In this document: positions 38,901 to 51,536 of the stretch, piece by piece
How the letters are laid out: each line of letters starts with the position of its first letter
How positions within the stretch are numbered: position 1 is the stretch's first letter
Assembly (NCBI GenBank): GCA_030324005.1
Contig: JARDVH010000132.1
Coordinates: forward strand, 66,669,491 to 66,733,490
Origin: Negaprion brevirostris
Taxonomy: Eukaryota
DNA length: 64,000 bases
Direction: 5' to 3'
Program-made: the position numbers and the translations under genes
Notes under the pieces: generated by a model
The model's database searches: none
What the model was told of the DNA's origin: nothing
What the model saw: only the letters and a program-made list of their open reading frames with translations

Positions 38901-38959
38901 TCCGGCTGCATTCGACCCAAGAGCAGAAAACCCCGCCTAAGATGAATGGATCTTTGCAT

Positions 38960-40420
38960 GGTCAGCCCCTGCCCACTACAGTTCCCTTGGCAGGCAGCAT
39001 ATGGACTCTATGCTGGACAGCTGTGAGGTTCTGAAAACCCCTTTGAACATTGTAGTCCACAGCCTTGATAACAGTAAGCTGACCTTGCATGATAGCAAGC
39101 TGAACTTTCACTGCAGCAGCCAGACATTGGGTGGCTGCTGCTTCTGCTGCACTGGAAGTTGTGACATTAACCATCAGTTGCTTCGTTATAGTTGACTCCA
39201 CAAGTATTCTCATGGAGAATACATTGACACCATTTCCAAGTCGAAAATAATGGGCTCCAAGCTCTGTGTAAAGTCTTGTGTTGAATTAGTGCTGGATTCC
39301 TTCATGCTTCTGGACATTGTCCACAGGATTTCTGATGGACTTACAATGCAGCAAACATTTAGTTGTGTATGCCCATTCAACATGCATCTGCAGACTGCCC
39401 CATTGAAATACTCATCTGAGTCCTAGGCAGCAGAACTTGTCCACACCTGAACCTTCGGTGAGCTGGCACCTGTGCTCCCCTTGCTCCCCCTCTTCAGGTC
39501 ACTCAGGCCCAGTATCATACCACATGCAGATCTCACCTCAGTATGACCCTTTGCTTGGTGTTTTTCCAGTGCCAGGCCAAGTTTCATTTCTTGGATATCT
39601 GAAAGGAGAAATACACAATGAAAGAATTACGGGATGGGGGAAAGTAAGTGTTGTGTGTCTACACCATCTACAAGTTCCAAATCAGAAAAAAAGTGTAAAA
39701 AGATAAGGAGGGGGGAGGGGTGTGAGAAGATGGATTGGGTATGAGGCTATCTTTATCTTTAATAGTTTCATCCCCATTAGTGGCCCTATCCTCAGCAATC
39801 ACTATTCCCATAATAGTTAGTACCACCTCCTCCAGGAGGGTTAGGAAAAACAGCCCACCTGTCTCTGTCTGGTTTGCTACTACAGTTGTCCACAAGCTTA
39901 TCCTGCAAAGAAGAGGGAAGTGTGTCAGTGAGTGTGGTGCAGTCTGTTGTTTCTTTGGATATAATAGCTGCCAGTGTGTGAAAGGTGTGAGATCGGCGTA
40001 CGAAGATTGCAAAGGTGCTAATTGTATGAAAGTGTAGTGGTACGTGGGAATGTTGGTCATTGATACCAATTGTTGGTAGGTGATAATTAGTCATGGTAAA
40101 TTAAGCAGGGTGAGAGGTTGAGTGGAGTTGCTGGTGTATGGCATTTGAAGATGTATAAACCTTGCTCACTGAGGAGGTGTGTTAAAATCTCACAGCACTC
40201 TATTCAGATCCTTAGGGTTTGACCCCTGCCACTGACCTCTATAACTATCAGCTCCCACAGTCTCCTGTGAGTTGGTCTTGTGGACTATATGGCCCCCCCT
40301 GCAAACAGATGACATATCTCCTCCTCTGCCTCTTCTTAACCAAGGCCTCCAATGCAGCCTTGAAAACTCATAGAGCCCATCCTCTCTATTTGATTCTCCA
40401 ATAATCCCTGGTCAGATCAC
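38960..40420 (-). mobile_element. Decayed PIF/Harbinger-like remnant (Myb/SANT-like ORF), probably continuing at ~36200-36500
   Basis: Minus strand 40160-40400 reads AALEALVKKRQRRR...WELIVIEVSGRGQTLRI*IEC, a degraded Myb/SANT-like pattern; assignment by pattern recognition only. Confidence 0.4.
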
Positions 40421-41884
40421 TTTTTGCATGACTAACAACACCTGTTTCAGCCATAAGGCAGCTCCACTTAAAGAAGCACAAGGTTAGGTATAAACACAGC
40501 AGCCAGACTAGCTTTAAGTGATGCTAGCCATTCATGATATTGGCCCCTGCTACTGTATCAAGGTAATCAGCAGCATAGGGTGGGAATCACTGGCCATTCA
40601 TGCCGGCGGAATTCTCTGGNNNNNNNNNNGGCGCTGCAGTGAATGGAGGTCTGGCTGAGCACCAAATTTTCCCTCCTTGCTGGCAGTGGCAGCGGGGCAT
40701 GATCAGGCACAGAATTCGGCCAGTTTGTGTTGCCTGGGTGAAGAAAACATTGAAATGAGCAGGCAGCACAAAGGTGGTATGTTGCCCACATTGCAATCAA
40801 TAGATACGGGTTATCATGAAGCCTGGGTCCATTTTCAGATGCAATTAAATTTCGTCATCAGTCCACCAACATATATTATTGATATTACTTTGTTTTGTAT
40901 ACTACTGCTAGTCTGGTACTGCACATTAATAGTATGAAAAAATGATGTATAAATGCTAAGTTAGGTTAGTTTGTGTTATGTGACTTCCATGGAAGTTACT
41001 GTCCATGGTGGTAGGTCTGGAAAGGTGCTATAATAGAATGTGGGTAGATAGATACAATACTGGAAGGGTAGTTGTCCAGGCACTAATGCCTAATCTACAA
41101 TAAGCAGGTCCACTCTGATGGCATTGAATTGATTTGAATGGAGGTTTTATCAACTTCTCCAATTACTTTAGTCTTCATTAGCATTAGCAAAAGTGTTGCT
41201 CCTGCAGACTTTGATAAAGCACAGAAACACAAGGGTCTGAATCTTTCATCCATTGGGCACATGCACTTGGTAAACAGTCATAATCGTTCTTGGAGTGTGA
41301 TTTCAAGCCTGCTGGCCAGTTTATAGCCAGTCAGCGTAAAATGTGCACTCTGAAAGGCTGAGCGCTGCCAGGGAGGACAGGAAACGAGTGGGTGCTGAGA
41401 GCAGTGACAGTGCAAGAGGACATTTCCAACAAGCTTCCTGAAGTTTGACANNNNNNNNNNNNNNNNNNNNNNNNNNNNNNNNNNNNNNNNNNNNNATTAC
41501 AGAAACAAGCAACTGGTAGCATAACACATAACACCTCAACCCTCAGAATTTTTTTTTATCCTAGATATTTAATGCCATCCTGAATTGGAAATGGTGAAAA
41601 AACATGAACACCATGTGGGTCACATAAAATTAGGGTCAATGGCATGCTTAATGGACTTAGTTGCCCTTTCAACTGTCAGTGAGCACGTCCAACTCTTGTG
41701 CGTAACCATCGACTGAAATATTGCACCAATATATTGGGACATGTGTCTAACTTCTTACTGCGCAAGTTGGGAATGGACACCCACCCACCCAAGCTCTGTT
41801 AAAATTCTGGCCACAGTAAATTCTGGTATAAGAGGAACACAAAAAAGGCAAACTGTTAATATTTGCAATTTTATTTCTTTATAG

Positions 41885-41938
41885 GGACCCAATGGTGCAA
41901 CTGGTCCCCCAGGCTTCCCAGGCAGCCCTGGATTCAAG
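41885..41938 (+). CDS. COL1A2: COL1A2 exon 16
   Basis: 54 nt, GPNGATGPPGFPGSPGFK. Confidence 0.95.
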
Positions 41939-43177
41939 GTAATATTTTTAATGACAAAAAGTGAATGCAGTACAATATTACCGTATTGAATAGGTGAATA
42001 CGTAATATCATTTTTTTAAAAATCATTTGTGGTTTGGAATATCTTTGTATTTCTATCATCCTTTATCTCAAACCATTCGGAATGCTCTCAGTAAGTTGTC
42101 TACCAATTAACTGCAACCTGCCAATATTCATTAAAAGCATAATTTTAAAATGTTTGACGTCTAACAATAATTTCCATTCACAAACCCTAGTAGTAACACT
42201 GGTGTTTCAGTTGATGGCCACAATTGTTCAGTTGTTTGAACATAATTCTACACAGACCAAACATTTAACTTTTTGTTACATAGATGACAAACTTATTGTA
42301 TTCAACATCGTATCAAAATAAACATGTATAATCTGATAAATTACGGAATTACTGCAACTTTCCAAACTGTAAGTAAAGCATCACAATCAAGAATAACCAT
42401 TGAGTTAATTTTATCTTTATGATAGCCGTGTAGGAACTATTTTGAGTTAGGTTCCCACAAACCTAAGGGTATGGTAGTTGATAGCTGTAATGAGGCACCT
42501 ATTTATCAGTTGGATTTCTTAACTGTAACCTATTATTTGTAATGCTTCAAGTATCACAGCAGTTCAGAAACCCAGTGCTACTAAAGGCACAAAACTCAAG
42601 TTTACAACATTCCCCAGAAAACAAAGGCAGGCAGAAATAACTAAAATTATGCTGAGCTTTTAACAACTAAGTTAATTGTCATAACTGTCTTAAGACATTC
42701 CGCCTACAAGAAGAATGTTGCATCCATAACTTATTTCAGACAGTAAAATAATATACCATCAAAATGAGCTTATCGATTATTTAGTGAAGTCTCAATAAAA
42801 TGGTGACTTTCTAAGCCTGTGAAAGTCATGCTTTGGTTTTGATCTGTTATCACCTCAGTCAAGGAAATGAATATTTATTTGTGGGTATGAAAACATTAAA
42901 AGTATTCTGTTTCCTTCTATTCTCAATAGCAACCTCTTATTAGACCCAACAAATTGATCATTATATTAATATAGTATTAATTTATATCACCAAGTCAAAA
43001 GCAAATCTACTTTATAATTAGGTTAGATTCTGGAACAGAATGGCAATCATTCAGCTGTACAAAAAAAATCATCAATTTGGTGATTAAAAACCTTAAAAGG
43101 TTCTTCAAATACTGAATGTAAATAAGAACAGTAAATTACAATTTATTTATTCTAGCACCAAAAGATGTTGAATTAAA

Positions 43178-43495
43178 TGCGGCACGGTGGCACAGTGATT
43201 GACACTGCTGCCTCACAGCGTCAGGGCCCTGGGTTCAATTCTGGCCTTGGTCACTGTCTGTGTGGAGGCTGCACGTTCTCCCCATGTCTGTATGGGTTTC
43301 CTCTGGGTGCTCCAAAGTCCAAAGATGTGTGGGTCAGGTGCATTGGCAACGCTAAATTGTTCCTTAGTGTCCTAAGATGTGTAAGTTAGGGTGGATTAGC
43401 AGGGTAAATATGTGGGGGGTGGGATGCTCCATTAGAATGTCGGTGCAGACTAGATGGGCTGAAAGACCAGCTTCTGCACTACAGGGATTCAATGA
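43178..43495 (+). mobile_element. tRNA-derived SINE (HE1-like), CR1-type tail B
   Basis: GCGGCACGGTGGCACAGTGATTGACACTGCTGCCTCACAGC...GGGTTCAATTC...GATGGGCTGAA...CTTCTGCACT. Confidence 0.85.
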
Positions 43496-43843
43496 TTTTT
43501 GTGATAAATGTCCATTTTTCGTTGTCCATTAAAATTATTCAATGGTAGTTAATTATTGTTAGATAGCATCTATTGCAGCAACAAATCAATTTGTTTTAAC
43601 ATCCTCATGAAAACAAAACTAAAAAGAATTTGAATTTAAATAGTGCATCACCAAACCAAATTAAACAGCTTACCAGTCTGTAATTTTCAGTAATCGGGTT
43701 TGGTGAGAAGATTGAGTGTTTGTGCTAGATGTGTTTAGTTTTGTATTAATGAGCTTTTAGCACCTTAATAGGCGCAGCATAAGTGTGGTAACAACCTATA
43801 TTGAATATATAAGTTGATTTTCTTTTACTTCCATATAACATAG

Positions 43844-43942
43844 GGTGAGGTTGGACCAGCCGGTGCTCGTGGTCCATCTGGGGCTCAGGGCGCTAGAGGT
43901 GAGCCAGGTGCTGTAGGTCCAGTTGGACCAGTGGGTCTTCCC
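43844..43942 (+). CDS. COL1A2: COL1A2 exon 17
   Basis: 99 nt, GEVGPAGARGPSGAQGARGEPGAVGPVGPVGLP. Confidence 0.95.
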
Positions 43943-44040
43943 GTAAGTAGTTTTGGTAACAATATCATTACTACCTCTTGAGATATGATTTTACCTGACT
44001 GGATAAATTGCACCTATAATATTCATTATTCTAATCCTAG

Positions 44041-44085
44041 GGTAATGCTGGTGCAAACGGTCTCACCGGAGCAAAGGGTGCCATG
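44041..44085 (+). CDS. COL1A2: COL1A2 exon 18
   Basis: 45 nt, GNAGANGLTGAKGAM. Confidence 0.95.
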
Positions 44086-44195
44086 GTAAGTACATATGAC
44101 ACACCTATTTAGTACTTTCATGAACAACCTCATTGATAAATCCACTTTCATTTTAAAATAACAAATGTTTGTCTTGTGCGTTTTCTAAAATAAAG

Positions 44196-44294
44196 GGTGC
44201 TCCAGGTATTGGTGGTGCCCCTGGTTTTCCAGGACCACGTGGTCTCGCTGGCCAAGCTGGAGCAGTCGGACCTGCAGGTCTTCGGGGTCTCAGT
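44196..44294 (+). CDS. COL1A2: COL1A2 exon 19
   Basis: 99 nt, GAPGIGGAPGFPGPRGLAGQAGAVGPAGLRGLS. Confidence 0.95.
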
Positions 44295-44427
44295 GTGAGT
44301 AACAAATATAATCCTATAGTGACACAATTACTAGAAATAACTCATTCTTTGATTACAATAATGGCATTTTATTAAAGTTATAAGTAAAATTCTAAGCAGA
44401 TTTTCCTTTCCTAAACTCACCATACAG

Positions 44428-44481
44428 GGTGATCCAGGCGTTCAAGGTGTCAAGGGTGAGACCGGTGCCAAAGGCGAGCGT
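44428..44481 (+). CDS. COL1A2: COL1A2 exon 20
   Basis: 54 nt, GDPGVQGVKGETGAKGER. Confidence 0.95.
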
Positions 44482-44590
44482 GTAAGTACTATGTAATAAG
44501 CATGCATTTTATATTTCAATTGTGTAATTTATTTCCTATTTTTGATTATGCATTGCCCATGTCCTCACTTTTTTTTTGCTCTAAAACCAG

Positions 44591-44698
44591 GGTGACATTG
44601 GCCCAGCAGGTGCCCCTGGTACAGCTGGTGAAGAAGGAAAGAAAGGTCAACGTGGGGAACCTGGTTCTCAGGGACTTCCTGGAGTTCCCGGTGAAAGG
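44591..44698 (+). CDS. COL1A2: COL1A2 exon 21
   Basis: 108 nt, [36 protein letters not shown]. Confidence 0.95.
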
Positions 44699-45232
44699 GT
44701 AAGATGTATTTTATATCCTAAGAATTACATCGACACATGATTTAAGTATATGTAGAGATCTTCAACTTTAAAACAATAAGTCATGGTAATTCTGAAACGA
44801 TGAAATAAACTAATAAAATGCTTACAGTTATAAAGTCCTAGTATCCTGGCTGTGATCTAATGAATGTCAGATTATTAAAAGATTTTGCATACTCATAAAT
44901 TAATTTGTGTCTGAATACAGTTGATAATTAGAACATATTTGGATATTTTAAACAAATTTTAATGAGCTGATCACAGGAACTTTAGTGGAACGATCCTCTA
45001 CACACAAACTAGACATAATAGTTTTGACGTCATAATATTAGTCCATTTACTTCATAATAATTCTATACATATTAATAGTACAGTAAATGGGAAAATGTTA
45101 ATTTTGAGTTACCATTCTTTAATGGTAAGCTTAACTCATTCACAGTTCATTCCCAGTTCATTAAATTCTCTTTAATTAAAAGAGATAAAATAAGTAGATT
45201 TTTTTCAACTTTTTCTCTCATTTCACATGCAG

Positions 45233-45286
45233 GGTTCCCCTGGTCCCCGTGGTATCCCAGGTCGTGATGGACCAGTTGGCGGCATG
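45233..45286 (+). CDS. COL1A2: COL1A2 exon 22
   Basis: 54 nt, GSPGPRGIPGRDGPVGGM. Confidence 0.95.
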
Positions 45287-45446
45287 GTAAATTTTGCTTT
45301 GTTATGCTTAGTGCATCGAGTAAAAAATGAGAAACCTGTTTTTCATTTTTAAGGAACAGTGAGATTTTCTTCATTAGGTGATTAGAATGGTTCATTTATG
45401 TGAATCATTCAGAATGATGCTACCTTATTTTGTAATTCATTTCCAG

Positions 45447-45545
45447 GGTGCACCTGGCAGACGTGGTGAAGCTGGTCCTTCTGGTGCCAAAGGGCCTCCT
45501 GGTGACGTTGGACGCCCTGGTGAAAGTGGTGTGCATGGTGCTCGG
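45447..45545 (+). CDS. COL1A2: COL1A2 exon 23
   Basis: 99 nt, GAPGRRGEAGPSGAKGPPGDVGRPGESGVHGAR. Confidence 0.95.
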
Positions 45546-46212
45546 GTGAGTGAAATTGAAATAACTATCACAGCAATAGCCATAGATGTACAGCACGGAA
45601 TTAAACGTTTCTTGAATGATATTTATCATTTATTCATATACTTTTGGATTTATTTCTCACTCAGATATACCCCCTAGTTTTTTAAATGCTAATTAATTGT
45701 AAATTACATTTTAGTAGAAACCCCCAGAATTAAGTTGAAGACAATAGAAATTATTTCTTTATTAAAAAGTACCATGTAACTTACACATTTTAACCTATCT
45801 CCTGATTTTGTAAAAATAAATTTGTTCTCAAAAGAATGTATTTTCACTGATGTTGTTTTTCTTATTTCTTACTTTGGATATGGGCCGGATCTTACTGCCA
45901 GGGTGGGCGAGGCTCGCAGAACGGAATTCTCCGTTGGCCTCAGGCGGGATTCCACGAGCCTCGTCCGAGTGAGGTCATAAAATTCTGCATATGATGTTCC
46001 ATTGGTTTTTCTAAGATTTGAACACTGTTAGAAGCAACAAACTTTATTTGGACAAATGTGATTGTTACCACGCCCAATTAAAGTTAATCCTTGAGTTTTT
46101 AAAAGAGTTTGCGCAATGAAATAAGTGTCATTGAAAATATAAAATAAAGTATCTTTGCTGTATACACGATGGAATGAAATCTAAAATTGCTTTGCCTCCT
46201 CAACATTTATAG

Positions 46213-46266
46213 GGTCATATTGGACAACCTGGTAGACCTGGCACTGTGGGAAATCAAGGTGTTGCA
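46213..46266 (+). CDS. COL1A2: COL1A2 exon 24a (extra 54-nt Gly-X-Y exon, candidate mutually exclusive)
   Basis: catttatag|GHIGQPGRPGTVGNQGVA|gtaagt; six intact triplets, phase 0. Confidence 0.8.
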
Positions 46267-46306
46267 GTAAGTTTTCTCACCTTACAGTAATGTGTTACTT
46301 TTTCAG

Positions 46307-46360
46307 GGTCTCGTAGGTAGTGCTGGCATTATAGGTGCTCCAGGCAAATCAGGTCCTGCT
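46307..46360 (+). CDS. COL1A2: COL1A2 exon 24b (closer to canonical exon 24)
   Basis: ctttttcag|GLVGSAGIIGAPGKSGPA|gtaagt; resembles human GLPGSPGNIGPAGKEGPV. Confidence 0.88.
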
Positions 46361-47557
46361 GTAAGTTGTTTTTGAGGTTTTCTGCTCCCCATTCTTGACA
46401 GCTTATTCAATCTAAAAGTAGGTTTGAATCAAGCATGGCAAATTGCATGGGGATATTACATGACATATGTTGCAGAACATCTAAAAATGAAAAGGCTTCA
46501 ATTGTTAGGTTTTGCTAACGTCTAAAGTAACAACTCTTTTAATTAAGAAGCAATTGAAATAATTTATTAATATAGGTACAGTAACTGCAAACACTGCGCC
46601 ATTTAGTGATACTAACAATTACTTATTTATGATGCAATAATATTGCATACTCATTATTATTTAACAAACGCTATGTCCAGTAACCCGAAATAATATTTTC
46701 TTTCCATATTGTAATTGAAATTTCCCCCCACACAAAACCTGTACTTCACAATTAATTCAAATATATAATTATGGTGATTGATTACCCAACTCATACTTAT
46801 TTTAAAAATACATGTTTAGGCATAATCCATATATGGTGTTGTGGAATTCAAAATAGTCTCTTAAATACAACATTGCAATCACACATGTATGAGAAGGCAC
46901 ACAAGGAATTCAATGTATTAAAACAGTATTTGGCTACATAAAAGACAAAAAGTCAGAATAACCTGTTTGAGAAAGTAAGTGTCCATATGGAAACATTTTG
47001 AATGTTAGATTAGAACCCTATTATGCACTGAGCACAAAGAATTCTGAATCATAAAGAGCATCAGCCATCTCAGTACAATTACAGCAGTCGATTTTGATTT
47101 GGTTGCTGTTTTATGTGTTACTGTCAAGTGATCATTAGAGTATTATTAAGATTATAATATCCTGATTTAAATCCCAGCCCCTCAGACCAATACATAGACC
47201 AGTAGATTAAAGGTATGAATCCTACTGCAATTCACGTATCACTGGATATATTATAGGAATAATAGTAATTCTCAGTTGTGTTCCCCAAACTACAATTATC
47301 TTCAAAATAGAATGTCATCCTTAGAATACTAAAGCGTACTAATGTGTTAGATTTGTGCATTGTACCTATGCCAACTACTATGAAATTACAAATGAATAAC
47401 CCATGCGGAATATTTACTCAAATGTTTTTGCAATAAGTAATAACATGCATGGAAGTAAAATAATAAACCAAAACACAATTAATTGACTTATATGCAAAAA
47501 TAATCTCCAGTAACTTGTGAAGAGCATTGTTTCATTGTCTAAGATTGTACATTTTAG

Positions 47558-47656
47558 GGCCCAGCTGGTGAAGAAGGTCGCACTGGTCCCCCTGGTCCTG
47601 CTGGCCCAAGAGGTCAGGCTGGTATGATGGGCTTCCCTGGTCCAAAGGGTGCTACT
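47558..47656 (+). CDS. COL1A2: COL1A2 exon 25
   Basis: 99 nt, [33 protein letters not shown]. Confidence 0.95.
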
Positions 47657-48648
47657 GTAAGTGACAGTTACATTTTTTGTCAGTAAATAAATTCTAAATA
47701 TTCTGTCTTAACATTTTCTGAGTAGCCTTTACAGTTGATCTATAAATGCCTTTGTTGCAAACTGAAATTATTTAGATGATTTTTAAATAAGCGTTTCTTT
47801 AAAAACGTTTATATTATAGCCAAATCCTTGGTGTAATCTAAGAATTTTAGCTTAGATGCTTAAAAATGGCTTTAGTTGGATTAGCAATAAGTGATTGGAG
47901 GTTGATTCTATGACTAAAGCAACGCAAAAGATGTTTGCTGGGGTTTTCTAGCTCCACTGTAGCAAGATCTGCCACAGGGGAGTGGCGGGCCTGCTAAAAG
48001 TCCATTGACTTTCAGCAAGATGGGGAGATCCCTGTGGCAGGCAGAGCTGGAACTTCCTGGCCATTGTTACTTATTGGCGAGCTAAATGTTTAACGCGCAA
48101 TTGTTTGGGTTGTGCCTGAGTGATTTATCTCTGCCGGTTCTGGCATTTTAACATAACTAAAACCAGCTCCTGAAACTGAATGGCAAAATTGACAGCCTGG
48201 GCAATATAGATCCAGAGAACTAGTTGTTATTGTCTCAGTGCCAGAAGTTTGAAACATGGAAAGCAGCTTTAACATTGACTGCACGAGCTCTGCCATATAT
48301 TGGCTGGAATTTTCTATCTGTTGGAATTAGTGGGACCCCAACGTGCTAAGTCCCTACTGTGGGAAATTCTGTTGACAACGAAGGAAACCCCACAGTTGGA
48401 TAATGTCGGGTCGCCTCCGCCATTGGGAAATACGCTGTAGCGGGTGCAAAAAGTCCCATCCATTGTCTGGTATTAAGCCCCCACATTTTGGTTCAGAAAT
48501 AAACCCTATTTGTCAAGTTAAATAAAATATAAGTTTATTTGAACTAATTTAGATGCATCCAAACGAGATTTTTCAAAATTCCAAAGATTAAAAAACTTGT
48601 AATGGGATCATAACTTATTCTTACTAATATATATGTTTTATTTCCTAG

Positions 48649-48702
48649 GGTGTACCTGGCAAACCTGGTGAGAGAGGCGCTACTGGTCCTGCTGGTCCAA
48701 GG
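48649..48702 (+). CDS. COL1A2: COL1A2 exon 26
   Basis: 54 nt, GVPGKPGERGATGPAGPR. Confidence 0.95.
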
Positions 48703-50015
48703 GTATGTTTAATGCCATTAGTTCTTCTGTATGAGTTTGAACAGTATTGTTTACATTATTTTCCATATAAAGTCAATGGGTAATACACTCAAGCTTTAAT
48801 GTGTTGTATTTTCCCAGGGACACCTACACTGGGGCCAAATGGAGCCCCAAATCACCACCCACTAGGAGCAAGACAGTAGGGAAATTTTCCCAGAGGCGGC
48901 ATCCTAATTGCCTGCCTCTCTGCTCACCAGCTAGTACCGTGAGTGTCTCCCATTGCAGCCAGCACAATCAAAGGGCAAGCATCTGGCGAGCCTGGGCTAT
49001 CCCATTGGGAAAGGTAGATACTGCTGAGTAACATTGGAGACCATATGGGTGTCTCAACTTGGAGGCCAAAATTTTAATAAAAATTTCAGAAGGGCCATGC
49101 CTGTAAGTCTGTAAGAACAGAGTCGAAACCACTCTGGCTAGAACATATGGCCTTTCTTGCTGGCAGGCTCTCAGTGGAACATGGGGCCATCGGCTTTGAT
49201 AGCTCCAGGGCAGGTCACCTACATGAAGTTGGTGCCACCCACAAGTGGCAGAGGGTGGGGATGGGGGGCTCTGCTATCAGCAGTACAGCAAAATAAGATT
49301 GCCCTGTTTGTAAATCGGATACCACCCTCCATTCAGAAGGTGGCCAATGTGACCTTGGAAACTTCTCCAACAGAAATACGCATGTACCCACTCCCTACTA
49401 TTTTCACAGATCCCCTGTCTCCAAGCCCATCATCACAAGGTGAAAAAAATTCTGCCCAATATATTTACTTAGGCACTTAAAGTAAGAGTGCGCTTTCATA
49501 GAACAGTTTAAGTACATTACCCCCAACCCCCACTGGCATGGAAATTCTGCCATGAAATACAGCCATTTAAATTTTAATATGTCTTCTGAAATTCTTTCCT
49601 CCAGTACCTTAGCAGAAATATCAACTGATTTATTTCAGATCGGTTTATGGCTCTACTAACATGATGAACGAGGAATTTCAGACCATTGTATTAGCACACA
49701 TATGCAATATTCCATCATATAATTCAAACTGTAGTCCTTTTAGTCCAAAATGGTTATCTCTGCCTTAGCCTTAGACTATTCAGATAATCAAAAGATTCTC
49801 AGAAACAGGTAGCTAGACAATACAACACTGTAAGGACTGAAGTGGACCTTCAAGGGGAAGGTACTTAAGAAAAAGTATGATAATATCTATTACAATCAAA
49901 TGGCAGTTTGATGTTCTATCAGGCAATCTGGTAAAAACATGCAATATGCTTACATTTTAGTAGCCCACCCTTCAATTANNNNNNNNNNNNNNNNNNNNNN
50001 NNNNNNNNNNNNNNN

Positions 50016-50093
50016 NCATGATCTTATTGAATGGCGGGGCAGGCTCGAAGGGCTAGATGGCCTACTCCTGCTCCTACTTCTTATGTTCTTATG
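50016..50093 (+). mobile_element. CR1 LINE 3' tail
   Basis: CATGATCTTATTGAATGGCGGGGCAGGCTCG...CTTATGTTCTTATG, near-identical to 59238-59313. Confidence 0.8.
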
Positions 50094-50931
50094 GAACTTG
50101 CAGTGAATCCAGGCCACATGCCTAAAGCCTCAATCCTAAGGACCCTATCATTTTTGTGGCCTGGCCTTATTTGAACTTGACAGCAAGTTGTAGGAATAAA
50201 ATAGGTACAGGTTATAGTTTCTGGACCTCAGAAAATTACCAGTGTCCACAAAAAGTGATCCTTCTGATCTCTCATAACCTTAGAATAAAATATAAATTTC
50301 TTGCCCTGTGAACTTTGGATGTCTGGTAGAAATCTAATTAGCGTGCACACTTCATCCTCATTTCTATTAGCATTACAGTCAGAATCCTAAAACCCAAGGT
50401 TTTGGGTGAAAGAGACTGGACCCCTATTTCAAGAATTGCCTGAAGGTTGAACCAGTTGGACAGATTATTGTCCAAAATACTCTCCAGGTTTTCCTCTGCT
50501 CATCACTTGTTTCCCAGGCAAGGAAGGAATAGCCACCAATTGAAAATTGCTCCCCAGTATGAGAAAGTAACTGTTGTTAATATTTTTGACCTGTTGCTCT
50601 TCTTAATTAAAGTTCTTTTGAGAATTACACAAAATAAAATAGATCATTTATTACATTTAGAAAAATGCAAAGATCTGTAGATGATTCTCCATTTCTGGAA
50701 ATGATATAACAACAATTCCTGATTCTTCAACAAATTCAATATTTGAACAGCAGGGCACTGTGCAGAGTATAGAATCACAAGAGTCTCCTAAAATGGCAGG
50801 CACAAAATGTAAGTTAGCTATTTGTTCTGAATGTTAAATTCGCCATGAGGAATAGAGACATGCATTAAGTTATGTTTAGCAATGTATGTAATACCACAGA
50901 CAAGATATTTTTTGATCTCTTTGCTTCTTAG

Positions 50932-50985
50932 GGTGTACCTGGCAAAGATGGTGAGATTGGAGCACAAGGTCCTCCTGGTATTACT
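50932..50985 (+). CDS. COL1A2: COL1A2 exon 27
   Basis: 54 nt, GVPGKDGEIGAQGPPGIT. Confidence 0.95.
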
Positions 50986-51482
50986 GTAAGTAAATAATTA
51001 CAAGCATAATACAATACTATGCCTTAAAATAGTGCTGTATGAATATTAATTATGAATGTTTAATTCCTTATATTTAGTTCATGTTTCTTTATTCTTAAAA
51101 TGTGGGTCAATGCCTAGATTTAAATTACAGAGATGAACTTGATATTGTATAACATTTTAACCTGATTACATACTAATATCAACAGACTTTAATTTGAAAA
51201 CATTAAGTTTTTATATAGACTGTAATTTGAAATTTTCAAAATGTTTTCCTCATGCACTGTTATGCTGGAAGATGTTACATTGCTGCTAAATCAATAAATA
51301 TATGTAATTGACTTACTAAGATTTTCATATTAGAAGGTTTTAAATGCCAATATTACTGCTGAATAAATACATTTACTACTTTTTATTACCATAAATATTA
51401 TGTTCATAAATTTGACAAGTTAGTTATACTTTTCACTCAGCAATCTGGACAGTTAAACAATTTTAATGTGTTTTTTCTTTAG

Positions 51483-51536
51483 GGTCCCATTGGAGCAAGA
51501 GGTGAAACAGGTCCAGCTGGCGGTTCTGGCTTCCAG
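51483..51536 (+). CDS. COL1A2: COL1A2 exon 28
   Basis: 54 nt, GPIGARGETGPAGGSGFQ. Confidence 0.95.

Noticed and set aside
43178-43250. tRNA-like sequence
   Set aside because: It is the head of a SINE that continues into SINE body and tail; not a tRNA gene.
48808-48860. Acceptor-like ttttcccag|GGA after exon 26 as another extra exon
   Set aside because: It continues GHLHWGQ with no Gly-X-Y periodicity and runs into a repeat.
48649-50985. Exons 26 and 27 both start GGTGTACCTGGCAAA, suggesting another duplicated pair
   Set aside because: Each matches its own canonical exon and the 54-nt exon count from 26 to 29 is normal.
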